The position numbers and the translations under genes were made by a program. DNA of 64,000 bases from a virus: positions 1-64,000 of IMG/VR virus record IMGVR_UViG_3300045988_180412, one strand, 5' to 3'. Shown piece by piece: positions 47,585-55,647 of this stretch. The notes beneath the pieces were generated by a model. That model was not told the origin of the DNA. It saw only the letters and a list, made by a program, of their open reading frames with translations, and searched no databases. Position 1 is the stretch's first letter. Each line of letters starts with the position of its first letter.

Positions 47585-48169
47585 ATGCAGAAAAATATTA
47601 TTTGGTCGTCAGACTACTATTTTGACGACTCCGCCCGCAAAGAGTTTGAGGACTACATCCAAACAGAATGCGGCTACATGCCGGACGACTCCGACTGGCA
47701 AAACGAAGTAAATGCACACATCGAAGATGAAAGGCTAAACCTTTCGGCGGACATCCCCGGCAACGGCTGCATTATAGCCGTTATTGACGCTGGCCGCTGG
47801 AATGGTCGCTATATATCCGCCACTCTATGCGGATATTCCCCCGCGCATATCTTTGACCTCGCGGAGGACGACAACGAGTACTATTGCGACGGCCTGAACG
47901 TGTGCGCACGTCTTGCGCACCACGACGGCACGCATTACGTTACATACCGCGTCGCGCCGGATATTGAGACTGCAAGGCGTATTGTTGACGGCCTACAAAG
48001 TGGCCGCATATCCGCCCGTACAGCAATGCGACAAACAAAGAGCCTCGCGCCACACGTTGCCAAAATATACGGCTGGCATGTAGATGGGCGGTTGACGCCA
48101 AAACGCGCCGCAAAACGCGTGGCACGCCACTACAACAAGCACATACACGCACAAAGACAATACGCGTAA
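47585..48169 (+). CDS. hypothetical protein
   Basis: 194-aa ORF. Confidence 0.6.
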   Translation: MQKNIIWSSDYYFDDSARKEFEDYIQTECGYMPDDSDWQNEVNAHIEDERLNLSADIPGNGCIIAVIDAGRWNGRYISATLCGYSPAHIFDLAEDDNEYYCDGLNVCARLAHHDGTHYVTYRVAPDIETARRIVDGLQSGRISARTAMRQTKSLAPHVAKIYGWHVDGRLTPKRAAKRVARHYNKHIHAQRQYA

Positions 48170-48184
48170 AATAATCCTACTACT

Positions 48185-48382
48185 ATGTTAATCAACTGCA
48201 TTTTATCCAGCGCAACAATAGCGCTTTTAGGCGTGCCTTTCGCCGCACGCCGCCGCAACCGCCGCAACTTTTGGCGGCATTATTTGCCATGGCTGTACGC
48301 CTCTATGTGCAGCCTCGCAATATATGCCGCAATGATAGGCGCAATAGCCTACTTCTGCACACTGGCAGACATGGCCGAATAA
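48185..48382 (+). CDS. small membrane protein
   Basis: 65 aa with two hydrophobic helices. Confidence 0.5.
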   Translation: MLINCILSSATIALLGVPFAARRRNRRNFWRHYLPWLYASMCSLAIYAAMIGAIAYFCTLADMAE

Positions 48383-48497
48383 GCCGTTTTAACGCGCTTT
48401 CGGGGCGCGGCGGAACAATTTACCACGCGCCCCGACAAAGCAGCTAAAAACGGCCTCAAAAAGCGCTACAAACACTAATCACTAAAACATAAACACT

Positions 48498-48683
48498 ATG
48501 CAGATATTCACGGTATATAGCATCGGCTGCAACGCCGAACTTTTCGCCGCTAATTACGGCGAATATATCACAGACACCACCCCCGGCTACTTCGGCGGCG
48601 TTGAGTTTACACTCCGCGCACCGGCCGAGATCCGCGAAGAAATAGCACACCTAACAGAGGAGTGCATAGAGATAATAGACTAA
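48498..48683 (+). CDS. hypothetical small protein
   Basis: 61-aa ORF. Confidence 0.5.
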   Translation: MQIFTVYSIGCNAELFAANYGEYITDTTPGYFGGVEFTLRAPAEIREEIAHLTEECIEIID

Positions 48684-48705
48684 ACCTATACAAACCACGA
48701 ACAAA

Positions 48706-49131
48706 ATGAACAATGTAATTACAGACAACGCGGCTATGGTAGCCGCTATCCAACAAGCCGGGTTTATTATTGACCGCGCCGGAGGCATTACTAATGCCTA
48801 CATCCGCACCCCCGTAAAAAACGGTATAGGTGAAACGTTGTGGGTTGAGATTAATTTTTGCACCGTCCCCGGCGGCGCAAAGAGTCTCCCCGCCTTTTGG
48901 TCTAAACGAGATCTCACGCCTACGCGTTTGGCATCGTACTGGTACATCTACATCCATATAACCGCCAAGGCGCCGGAACACAGCGATGTGGGATATGAAA
49001 AATATAATCCGATGCTTATCCCCTCGGATAATCCTTGCAGATTGTTTACATGGATACTGGAAGCCACACCCGAAAACCTTTACAAACTCCTATCCGAGGC
49101 CAAACGCCGTTTTTTGACGTGCGAAAAGTAA
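48706..49131 (+). CDS. hypothetical protein
   Basis: 141-aa ORF. Confidence 0.6.
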   Translation: MNNVITDNAAMVAAIQQAGFIIDRAGGITNAYIRTPVKNGIGETLWVEINFCTVPGGAKSLPAFWSKRDLTPTRLASYWYIYIHITAKAPEHSDVGYEKYNPMLIPSDNPCRLFTWILEATPENLYKLLSEAKRRFLTCEK

Positions 49132-49242
49132 CCGCTGCCCGTCAGCGCTTAACAAACTTTAACGCTGACGGGCAACAAACCGAAGCCCACACGGTTGTAT
49201 ATTTGTGGGAAAAATCAACAACTAACAACTAATAAAACGATA

Positions 49243-49677
49243 ATGACCTGCAAAGAATTAGCGGAGGCCGTAAAAAAAGAAAACCCCTCCAAATACGAAC
49301 AAATAGAGTCTCAATACGGAAGCGGTGTCGTCGCAGCATACATCGCTTGGGCAAACCAAGCAGATGACTCTGAGACTGAGACGACGATCGACGGCTGGTG
49401 TACTGGCATCCTCGAAGGCAATTTCGACGTCATCGAGGACATCGAAGACACGTTTGTTTGTTGCGCAACGGACAAAGACATGGAGGCATTCCTTGCCCCC
49501 CTCCAAATAATCGGAAAAACAGTCGCCGATTATGATCTAAGCGAAGCTATTGACCAAGTATTCTACTTCGCGCCTGATGCAGAAGAACTCTACTCGGACA
49601 TAGAAGAAGCTCGAGAGATTGTCCTCGGAAGCTTCAATGCTCCGTTCAACGTCAATCGTAAATTAATTCAACGATGA
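49243..49677 (+). CDS. strongly acidic hypothetical protein
   Basis: 144 aa from ATG 49243. Asp/Glu-rich throughout. Confidence 0.6.
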   Translation: MTCKELAEAVKKENPSKYEQIESQYGSGVVAAYIAWANQADDSETETTIDGWCTGILEGNFDVIEDIEDTFVCCATDKDMEAFLAPLQIIGKTVADYDLSEAIDQVFYFAPDAEELYSDIEEAREIVLGSFNAPFNVNRKLIQR

Positions 49678-50000
49678 AAACAGAATGGTATTTTATTGAT
49701 TTCTACATCCTGAATGAAAAAGGGCAGGACGTAAGCGACAATTACGACTGGGTGTTTTATGACTCCGAGGACTCGGCAATCGAAGCACTTATGGATGAAT
49801 GGCGAGATCCAAAAGACACCTTCGCGAGGTTATCCAAAGTGGCGAAGGGCAACATCACATATGCCGAAATTGCCGTAAACCGACAGGTTGGCAAGGCAGA
49901 CGAATGTGGAAACCTCGTATGCGAGGACTACACCGAAACCTTGTCGTTTATTCGATACGAGTATTCGGATGGAGAGTGTACCAGAAAAGAATACTGCTAA
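49674..50000 (+). CDS. acidic hypothetical protein
   Basis: 108-aa ORF with an ATGA overlap. Confidence 0.6.
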   Translation: MKTEWYFIDFYILNEKGQDVSDNYDWVFYDSEDSAIEALMDEWRDPKDTFARLSKVAKGNITYAEIAVNRQVGKADECGNLVCEDYTETLSFIRYEYSDGECTRKEYC

Positions 50001-50017
50001 CAAAAAATAAAGCAACA

Positions 50018-50581
50018 ATGACTAACGATATTAAAATACACTGGTCAAATGCTCAAATGTGGTACGTGACCGAGAACGCGGATGGTACTATTTCCGCATT
50101 CTATCACAAAAATCTGAAAGAGTGCAACCGCGTACCTTACGTGTGTGTAGCATCGGCGGTGAAATCCGCGGGCGGTTTAGACGCGTTCAGGGAGCGTTTA
50201 ATCACGCCCGAGCAGGCCGAGGCACGATTAGCCACCCTCAACGCCCAAAAGGCCGAGAGAGCCGCCGCAAAGGCCGTGGACGCGGCCAAAGAAAGTGCGG
50301 CCGCAACCGAGGCGCGGTGGCGTCTTGCTGAGGCCGAAAAGGCCGGTGCTATTGCGCCGACACAGGAAAACATCCGCGACTTATTACTAAGCGTGCGGCA
50401 TAATTGCGCTTGGCCGCTACCACAATTCACGGTTGGCTATTCGGCCACTGCCTACGACTGCGACGGCAAGATCGCTGCCGCCGCAAAGTTTGCCAAACCC
50501 GTACTAATTAACGGTCTATTTGTTAGGCGCGTATGCTTAGGCGCACCGCGTGGTTATCTTGAAAAGTATACGCGGATATGA
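50018..50581 (+). CDS. hypothetical protein with central Ala-rich helix
   Basis: 187 aa from ATG 50018 inside ORF 49799-50581. Confidence 0.6.
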   Translation: MTNDIKIHWSNAQMWYVTENADGTISAFYHKNLKECNRVPYVCVASAVKSAGGLDAFRERLITPEQAEARLATLNAQKAERAAAKAVDAAKESAAATEARWRLAEAEKAGAIAPTQENIRDLLLSVRHNCAWPLPQFTVGYSATAYDCDGKIAAAAKFAKPVLINGLFVRRVCLGAPRGYLEKYTRI

Positions 50582-50841
50582 GACTGCGTAAGAAAATAGG
50601 CCGGCTTATGGACTGGCTTATCGACAAGCACTTCTGGATGGCGTTTATGCTGTACTACTTCGTTGTGCCCGGTCTCGTAACCCTATTGCTTATATGGATA
50701 ACCGACTTAGGCTTCCACAATGAGTTGCCCGAGTTCTTGCAGCTCATATTCGACTGGTGCTTAGAAAATATTCTAATTCCAATAATAATCATAATCTGCA
50801 TACCGTTTGTTATCATTCAGGTAAGCAAAAACAATCCGTAA
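50578..50841 (+). CDS. small membrane protein
   Basis: 87 aa with 2-3 TM helices. TAATG overlap with the recombinase start. Confidence 0.55.
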   Translation: MRLRKKIGRLMDWLIDKHFWMAFMLYYFVVPGLVTLLLIWITDLGFHNELPEFLQLIFDWCLENILIPIIIIICIPFVIIQVSKNNP

Positions 50842-51590
50842 TGGCAGAATACATCTATTTGCGTGTGTCTACGCGTAATCAGGACTACGCGCAACAATTA
50901 GAGGACATAAAGCGCTATGGCGTTGACCCTAAGCGCGTTGATAGCATTGTCGAGGAGCACGAAAGTGGCGGCGTGTCCTATGAGGACAGGCAACTGCAAA
51001 CGCTCCTTGGCAAGTGTAAGCGCGGAGACACAATATACGTTGGCGATACAAGCCGTATAGGCCGTTCTCAAATGGATATGGTGCGGCTTATGATAAACGC
51101 AAAAGAGGCGGGCATCGGCATCGTTGCCTGCAAAAACGGCCTACGGCTGGACGCCGACGACATAGGCAGTCGCATAACCCTATCCGTCCTCGCGATCCTT
51201 GACGAGGACGAGCGTATGCGAATCAAGCACCGCGCGAAAAACACGGTGGAGGCACACCGCAAAGAAATCGCGGCCAAAGGCTACCGCGTAACCAAGGCCG
51301 GAAACATCCAAACGCACATCGGCAATAAGCCGGGCACGGACATGAGCGCCGCAATACAAAGTAGCCTTATAAGCCGTTCACAACGCGCACAACGCTGGCG
51401 AGAGGAGTCCCCGGCCTACCGTTGGGCGATGGAACAAAAGGCCTGCGGAAAGACCGCAAAGCAGGCCTATGACGACCTCGAAAGGCTTATGGACGTTGCG
51501 CCCGAAACGTTCTGTAAGCGGTCGGGAGGACGCATAAGCCGTTCCACCTTTTACGATTGGTGGCGCGAAAAAAACATCCTCCACGTCTGA
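50841..51590 (+). CDS. small serine recombinase (resolvase/invertase family)
   Basis: MAEYIYLRVSTRNQDYAQQ... catalytic Ser motif, ...GDTIYVGDTSRIGRS..., C-terminal HTH RISRSTFYDWW. Confidence 0.9.
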   Translation: MAEYIYLRVSTRNQDYAQQLEDIKRYGVDPKRVDSIVEEHESGGVSYEDRQLQTLLGKCKRGDTIYVGDTSRIGRSQMDMVRLMINAKEAGIGIVACKNGLRLDADDIGSRITLSVLAILDEDERMRIKHRAKNTVEAHRKEIAAKGYRVTKAGNIQTHIGNKPGTDMSAAIQSSLISRSQRAQRWREESPAYRWAMEQKACGKTAKQAYDDLERLMDVAPETFCKRSGGRISRSTFYDWWREKNILHV

Positions 51591-51603
51591 CACCGTAAAA
51601 TCA

Positions 51604-51641
51604 AGCCGCCGTTATCTGTTCTGGTAACGGCGGCTAATTTT
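51604..51641 (+). terminator. terminator after the serine recombinase gene
   Basis: AGCCGCCGTTA/TAACGGCGGCT 11-bp stem followed by AATTTTAT. Confidence 0.6.
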
Positions 51642-51652
51642 ATGCCTGAAAG

Positions 51653-51840
51653 TTGCGTTGCTCGTTGCGTTGCACCTCACTGGTAGGCCGTGCCGAATTT
51701 GTGTCTCTGGTAGCGGCGATTTTCGTGTGTTGCAGCTTGTGTTGCTCTTTGTGTTGCACTTCGCGACAATGCGCTGTCTATATGTGCGTTAATTGTGTTG
51801 TCGTTTGTGTTGTTTGTTGTGTTGTCGTTTGTGTTGTTAG
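51653..51840. repeat. GT-rich direct repeats (GTTGCGTTGC x2, TTGTGTTGC x3, TTGTGTTGT x5)
   Basis: Read directly. Lies between the terminator and iteron cluster B, downstream of the int stop. Confidence 0.85.
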
Positions 51841-51862
51841 CGCATAGTGACCGCTTTCGGAG

Positions 51863-51960
51863 TGCGCCCTTAGCTGCGCCCCTAAGTGCGCCCAACTCCT
51901 TTGCAGTGCATTGTGTTATAAGTGATTAAGTGCGCCCTTGACTGCGCCCCTTGGTGCGCC
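51863..51960 (-). repeat. iteron cluster B: 3+3 copies of the cluster-A iteron in inverted orientation, with the same 12-bp phasing and 38-bp spacer
   Basis: TGCGCC at 51863, 51875, 51887 and at 51931, 51943, 51955. The reverse complement shares GGGGCGCAGTCAAGGGCGCAC and GGGCGCAGCTAAGGGCGCAC strings with 6861-6982. Confidence 0.85.
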
Positions 51961-51968
51961 CCTCATAA

Positions 51969-53138
51969 CTACCGCTTACCGTAAAGCACCCAATCAAGCA
52001 CTCGCCGATTAGCTTCGTCCACTTTGGCGTTGTCATAGTCGATATAAACATCCGTAATCGCAACACCGAAGGAGTGGCCTAATGCTTGGCTTATAATATC
52101 TTTTGGTATGCCAATACTGTATGCTATGGTCGCCCATGAGTGCCGCGCCCAATACAGCGTTAAATCATCACGCCCGGCACACTTTCTAAGTGCTGTGGAG
52201 ACGGCATTGCACATAGCATGTCGGGTACTCCACATGTCCGCAAACGTAAGCAACCGGCCATGCTGGTCTGACTTGTAGCGGTTTATTATTTCCAACGCTT
52301 CCGGCTCAACCTTGATACTGTACTGCTTGCGCGTCTTACAGCGCTCATACTCGATTCGACCATCAGTCGTTAAGCATTCAAGCCGAAGCATGTCTACACT
52401 ATTAATGCCGATAAGCATAAACGACAACTTAAAGACATCAAGTGCGACACGTGCGCGAGTACTACTTGGCGTAAGCGCAAATATAGTACGTATGACATCA
52501 ACTGGCAGCGAGCGTTTACGCGTTTTCGGTCTCCGTACAATTCGGGGCAATTGGATAAACGGATCGCGGTCTATAATCTCATTGCGTATAGCCTCGCGAA
52601 TAACCGCGTGGATACAGAACATATAATTGGAGATTGTGCCCAAGCTATAATCTTGACTGTATAACCAATTCAGATAGCGGCGCAATAGGTTATAATCAAT
52701 CTCTTGTATTAGCATATACTCTACATTCGCCTCATAACGCATTAGCGCATTCAAAGCGACCCTGTAACACTCTTGTGTCGCTTTGCGGCGGCGGCTTTTC
52801 ATGAAGTCGCGATATAGCGTAACAAACCGACATTCTTTTTCTATCTGTCGCCCGAACAGCTTATTGGCAACACGCTCTTTAATTTCGGCGACATCCATAA
52901 ATCGACCGCCTTGTTGATATATCTCCATTTTAAGCGCGTCTAACTGCTTAATCCAATAAGCTAAGACATTCGCAAGACGTTCGAGACGCTTAGGCGGATT
53001 AGGCGACAGCGCGAGGTCTAAGTCAAGCGGAGGCAAGTACATATCTGTTGCGAGTTCGGCCTTTCGGCGGTTGTTGGTGATGCGGATACGGACGTTGTTA
53101 CATCTCCGTTCATCGCATACAAGCTTCATTGTTATCAT
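51969..53138 (-). CDS. int: tyrosine recombinase / phage integrase
   Basis: 389 aa. SAM-like N-terminal domain. C-terminal YWARHSWAT...LGHS...DVYIDYD (R-H-R-Y type catalytic pattern). Confidence 0.9.
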   Translation of the reverse strand: MITMKLVCDERRCNNVRIRITNNRRKAELATDMYLPPLDLDLALSPNPPKRLERLANVLAYWIKQLDALKMEIYQQGGRFMDVAEIKERVANKLFGRQIEKECRFVTLYRDFMKSRRRKATQECYRVALNALMRYEANVEYMLIQEIDYNLLRRYLNWLYSQDYSLGTISNYMFCIHAVIREAIRNEIIDRDPFIQLPRIVRRPKTRKRSLPVDVIRTIFALTPSSTRARVALDVFKLSFMLIGINSVDMLRLECLTTDGRIEYERCKTRKQYSIKVEPEALEIINRYKSDQHGRLLTFADMWSTRHAMCNAVSTALRKCAGRDDLTLYWARHSWATIAYSIGIPKDIISQALGHSFGVAITDVYIDYDNAKVDEANRRVLDWVLYGKR

Positions 53139-53212
53139 AAGAGAAAAAGTTAATTAGTCTTTATTAAAAGTTAAATAATCTTAAAACTTCAACTGCTTCT
53201 GCTGAAACATTT

Positions 53213-53438
53213 GCTGAAACATTTGATGCAAAAAGCCTCAAAACGGCTATATTTGGAGCTGATATTTTCATCTGCCAACACAACGCAAATATCTATATAT
53301 AGGCGATTTAGCATATTCCTTGATGTATTTTTAATCTCCATAAATTATTTAGACCTGCAAAGTTAATAGCCCGTTATAATCTCATATAAGCCAAATACTT
53401 AAATAGTCATATTTTTGCCTGCTGAAACATTTGATGCA
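53213..53438 (+). repeat. 18-bp direct repeat GCTGAAACATTTGATGCA (53213-53230 and 53421-53438), plus a 13-bp partial copy at 53201
   Basis: Read directly in the AT-rich DNA upstream of int. Confidence 0.85.
53410..53417 (+). promoter_or_regulatory. -7 box TATTTTTG
   Basis: TAnnTTTG match upstream of the GC-rich structured segment. Confidence 0.4.
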
Positions 53439-53795
53439 CTTTGCGCCGGTTTGCGCGATAAAAGTGTTAATACCGTTAACATTCCGATTTTGCCCTGTTT
53501 GCATCAACGATTTTTTTATTATAACTTCGCGACCGAATATCAAACAGCCGCGTTGTCGGGATAGCCTACGGCAGGGCGCGGCGAAGTTAACCCGGTTACT
53601 GTGGGATTGCACGACAGCCGGGACGCCAGACGAAAGACTGAGGCGCGTGCATAGTGGCAATACTACATCAGTCAAGCGAGGGCGATTGCCCGTTACCTCG
53701 CCCCGGTAACCGCCGTACACCGATAACCCGGACGGGAGTGCCGCAGGATAGTCTGCCCGAGGTTTTGCAGTCGCCGACTTCTGTCGGTTTTTTCT
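53425..53795 (+). ncRNA. candidate structured ncRNA (class unknown)
   Basis: GC-rich island in AT-rich intergenic DNA. Complementary pairs AACTTCGC/GCGAAGTT, CGGTTAC/GTAACCG, ATAGTCTGCCC/GGGCAGACTAT. Ends with hairpin CCGAC-TTCT-GTCGG plus T6. Confidence 0.4.
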
Positions 53796-53882
53796 GCTAA
53801 CCTCCCTTGGGCAGACTATACCCAGTCCGCCCCCACCTCCTCCCCACCGGGAGTGCTTCGTTTCATTAGAGTCTGTATACTC

Positions 53883-53934
53883 TATGCGTGCGTGTGTGCA
53901 TGTGCGTGTATACGTGTGCGTGTATGTGCGCGTA
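53883..53934. repeat. 52-bp perfect alternating purine-pyrimidine tract (GT/GC/AT dinucleotides)
   Basis: Checked base by base from 53883 to 53934. Confidence 0.9.
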
Positions 53935-54033
53935 AGCGTAATCAAGACTCTAAATCAATTAAATAAAAAGATTAAACTCAAAAACTCGAAAAATTTTGTC
54001 GCGAAAACTCGATTTTTGCGGTCAAAAGTCGCG

Positions 54034-54813
54034 CTAAATCTCGTATGCCTCGACAAGGTGTTTAAGCCCTTTTTTTTCGTCATACATCATGACAGCCCAG
54101 ATTAACGGCGCTGAATAGTGAATGGTGGAGCATAGAGTTAACTCCGCTCTATTGGTTTGGAGAAAACGTTTCTGCATCCTTTCTGCGTATGCTTTCTCTT
54201 TCTTCGTTTTGGCTCTGTCGGCGGCATTTCCCAGTTTAGTGAGTTTGTTGTTTAACAAGGATGCTCTTGCCGCAATTCTTTTGTCCGTGCAATCAAAAGG
54301 AGTACCGTATTTTTTCTTGTAATCTATCAGCACCTTTAACTCGTCTTGTGTGATTTTGAAAAGGTCTTCCATGTCATTCTCGATGCAAGCAAGGGTATAA
54401 GCCGTAGCCGCTGCGTCTGCATCCTCATTTGTTGAATAGAAATCGCACGTGGCTTGTGTTACCCGGACAACACAAGCACTATCCGAACAAGTAAAATCAA
54501 GTATTATGTGTATTTGAGCGGCAAGCATACCTGTACTGACGTTTAGGGGGAGGAGCGGTTCTAATAAATTGGGCATTTCTTTTCCTCGAAGGGATATTGT
54601 CATCTCGCCCGTCTCGAGGTTTTCGCTTCTGACGCGCGGATTATAAAAAAACCAAGCCTTTGTCCATTTTTCCTTAATCACGCGCATATACATCTCTTTG
54701 GTAAATCCATCACGGCGGATTGTGTCGCGCATATCTATCTCGTCTATCTCTATTGCGTAAGCCGAGACACACGACATCAGCGCTAAAATTGCTACTAAAA
54801 TTGACTTTTTCAT
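54034..54813 (-). CDS. lipoprotein of unknown function (between int and the repressor)
   Basis: 259 aa from ATG 54813. MKKSILVAILALMSC lipobox. Confidence 0.7.
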   Translation of the reverse strand: MKKSILVAILALMSCVSAYAIEIDEIDMRDTIRRDGFTKEMYMRVIKEKWTKAWFFYNPRVRSENLETGEMTISLRGKEMPNLLEPLLPLNVSTGMLAAQIHIILDFTCSDSACVVRVTQATCDFYSTNEDADAAATAYTLACIENDMEDLFKITQDELKVLIDYKKKYGTPFDCTDKRIAARASLLNNKLTKLGNAADRAKTKKEKAYAERMQKRFLQTNRAELTLCSTIHYSAPLIWAVMMYDEKKGLKHLVEAYEI

Positions 54814-54947
54814 TGTTTGTTTGTTTTTGTGATTGGAATAAATATTCAGACATACCGCTGTGGCGTCCATAGACCGCTCTATTTTCGCGCTAAACCGCTC
54901 GCAGGTATAAATTATCATCCGAGGGTTACAAACGCGCTGAAAACGGC

Positions 54948-55502
54948 TTATTTCGCTTCGTCTTTTTTCGCGGCCTTTGCTTCCGCTCGCCTGCGCCTCA
55001 TCGCCTCTTTAAGTTCATCTTTCTTTTGCCTTTCTTCTTCGGCGCGAGGCTTGTAGCGACCGGCAATACCGGCAAACCCCTCGATGATTGCTAAAAGGCG
55101 AGAAATCTGTTCGTCTTTCTCTTTTATCTCGACTGATAACGCCTCGACCTTACGGATAAGTGTTCGCATTAGGTTTTGGTCGCTTTTGCTTTTAGCGGTA
55201 TAAGACGCCGAGCCGCTTCCGTTGTTAACAGCCGAATGGGCAACGCCACCACGGATGTTAATTTCGTTGCTATCGGTGATTGCAGGATGTTCGGGCAGAA
55301 GCATATCGCCCTCGCCCGTTTTCAGCCACTCGATATTGAGAATCGGGAAGCGCTGACGGATTTTTTCAAACATCAGCGGACGACTTGTTGCTTTTATTTT
55401 AGTCCCTACGCCACGGGGCATACCGCACTCCTTTTCGAGCTGATTTATAGGCATATCCAGCGTTGCGGCAAAGTGTTTAAGCCTATCTACGGGTGTGTCC
55501 AT
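54948..55502 (-). CDS. CI-like repressor (N-terminal HTH, coiled-coil C-terminus)
   Basis: 184 aa. ...LKHFAATLDMPINQLEKECGMPRGVGTKIK... phage CI-repressor-type HTH. Divergent from the rightward operon. Confidence 0.7.
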   Translation of the reverse strand: MDTPVDRLKHFAATLDMPINQLEKECGMPRGVGTKIKATSRPLMFEKIRQRFPILNIEWLKTGEGDMLLPEHPAITDSNEINIRGGVAHSAVNNGSGSASYTAKSKSDQNLMRTLIRKVEALSVEIKEKDEQISRLLAIIEGFAGIAGRYKPRAEEERQKKDELKEAMRRRRAEAKAAKKDEAK

Positions 55503-55558
55503 TGTGTTAATGATTGTTAAATATTTGCGCTTTTCTTGCTTTTAATGAATTTTCGCCG

Positions 55559-55566
55559 TAACTTTG
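55559..55566 (+). promoter_or_regulatory. rightward -7 box TAACTTTG
   Basis: TAnnTTTG match. Confidence 0.4.
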
Positions 55567-55639
55567 CCCTCGAAATCGAAACTAACAGGCAAAACGAGGG
55601 CGGACAGCGTATAAAACGCCACCTCAATATGTTCAAAGG

Positions 55640-55647
55640 CAAATTTA
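55640..55647 (-). promoter_or_regulatory. leftward -7 box TAAATTTG (repressor promoter candidate)
   Basis: CAAATTTA on the plus strand. Faces the rightward box (convergent arrangement). Confidence 0.4.

Noticed and set aside
53382-53945. 187-aa minus-strand ORF and 92-aa plus-strand ORF over the GC-rich segment
   Set aside because: The composition is implausible (poly-Gly, Thr/His/Tyr runs derived from the alternating Pu/Py tract). The region is better explained as structured RNA plus simple repeats.
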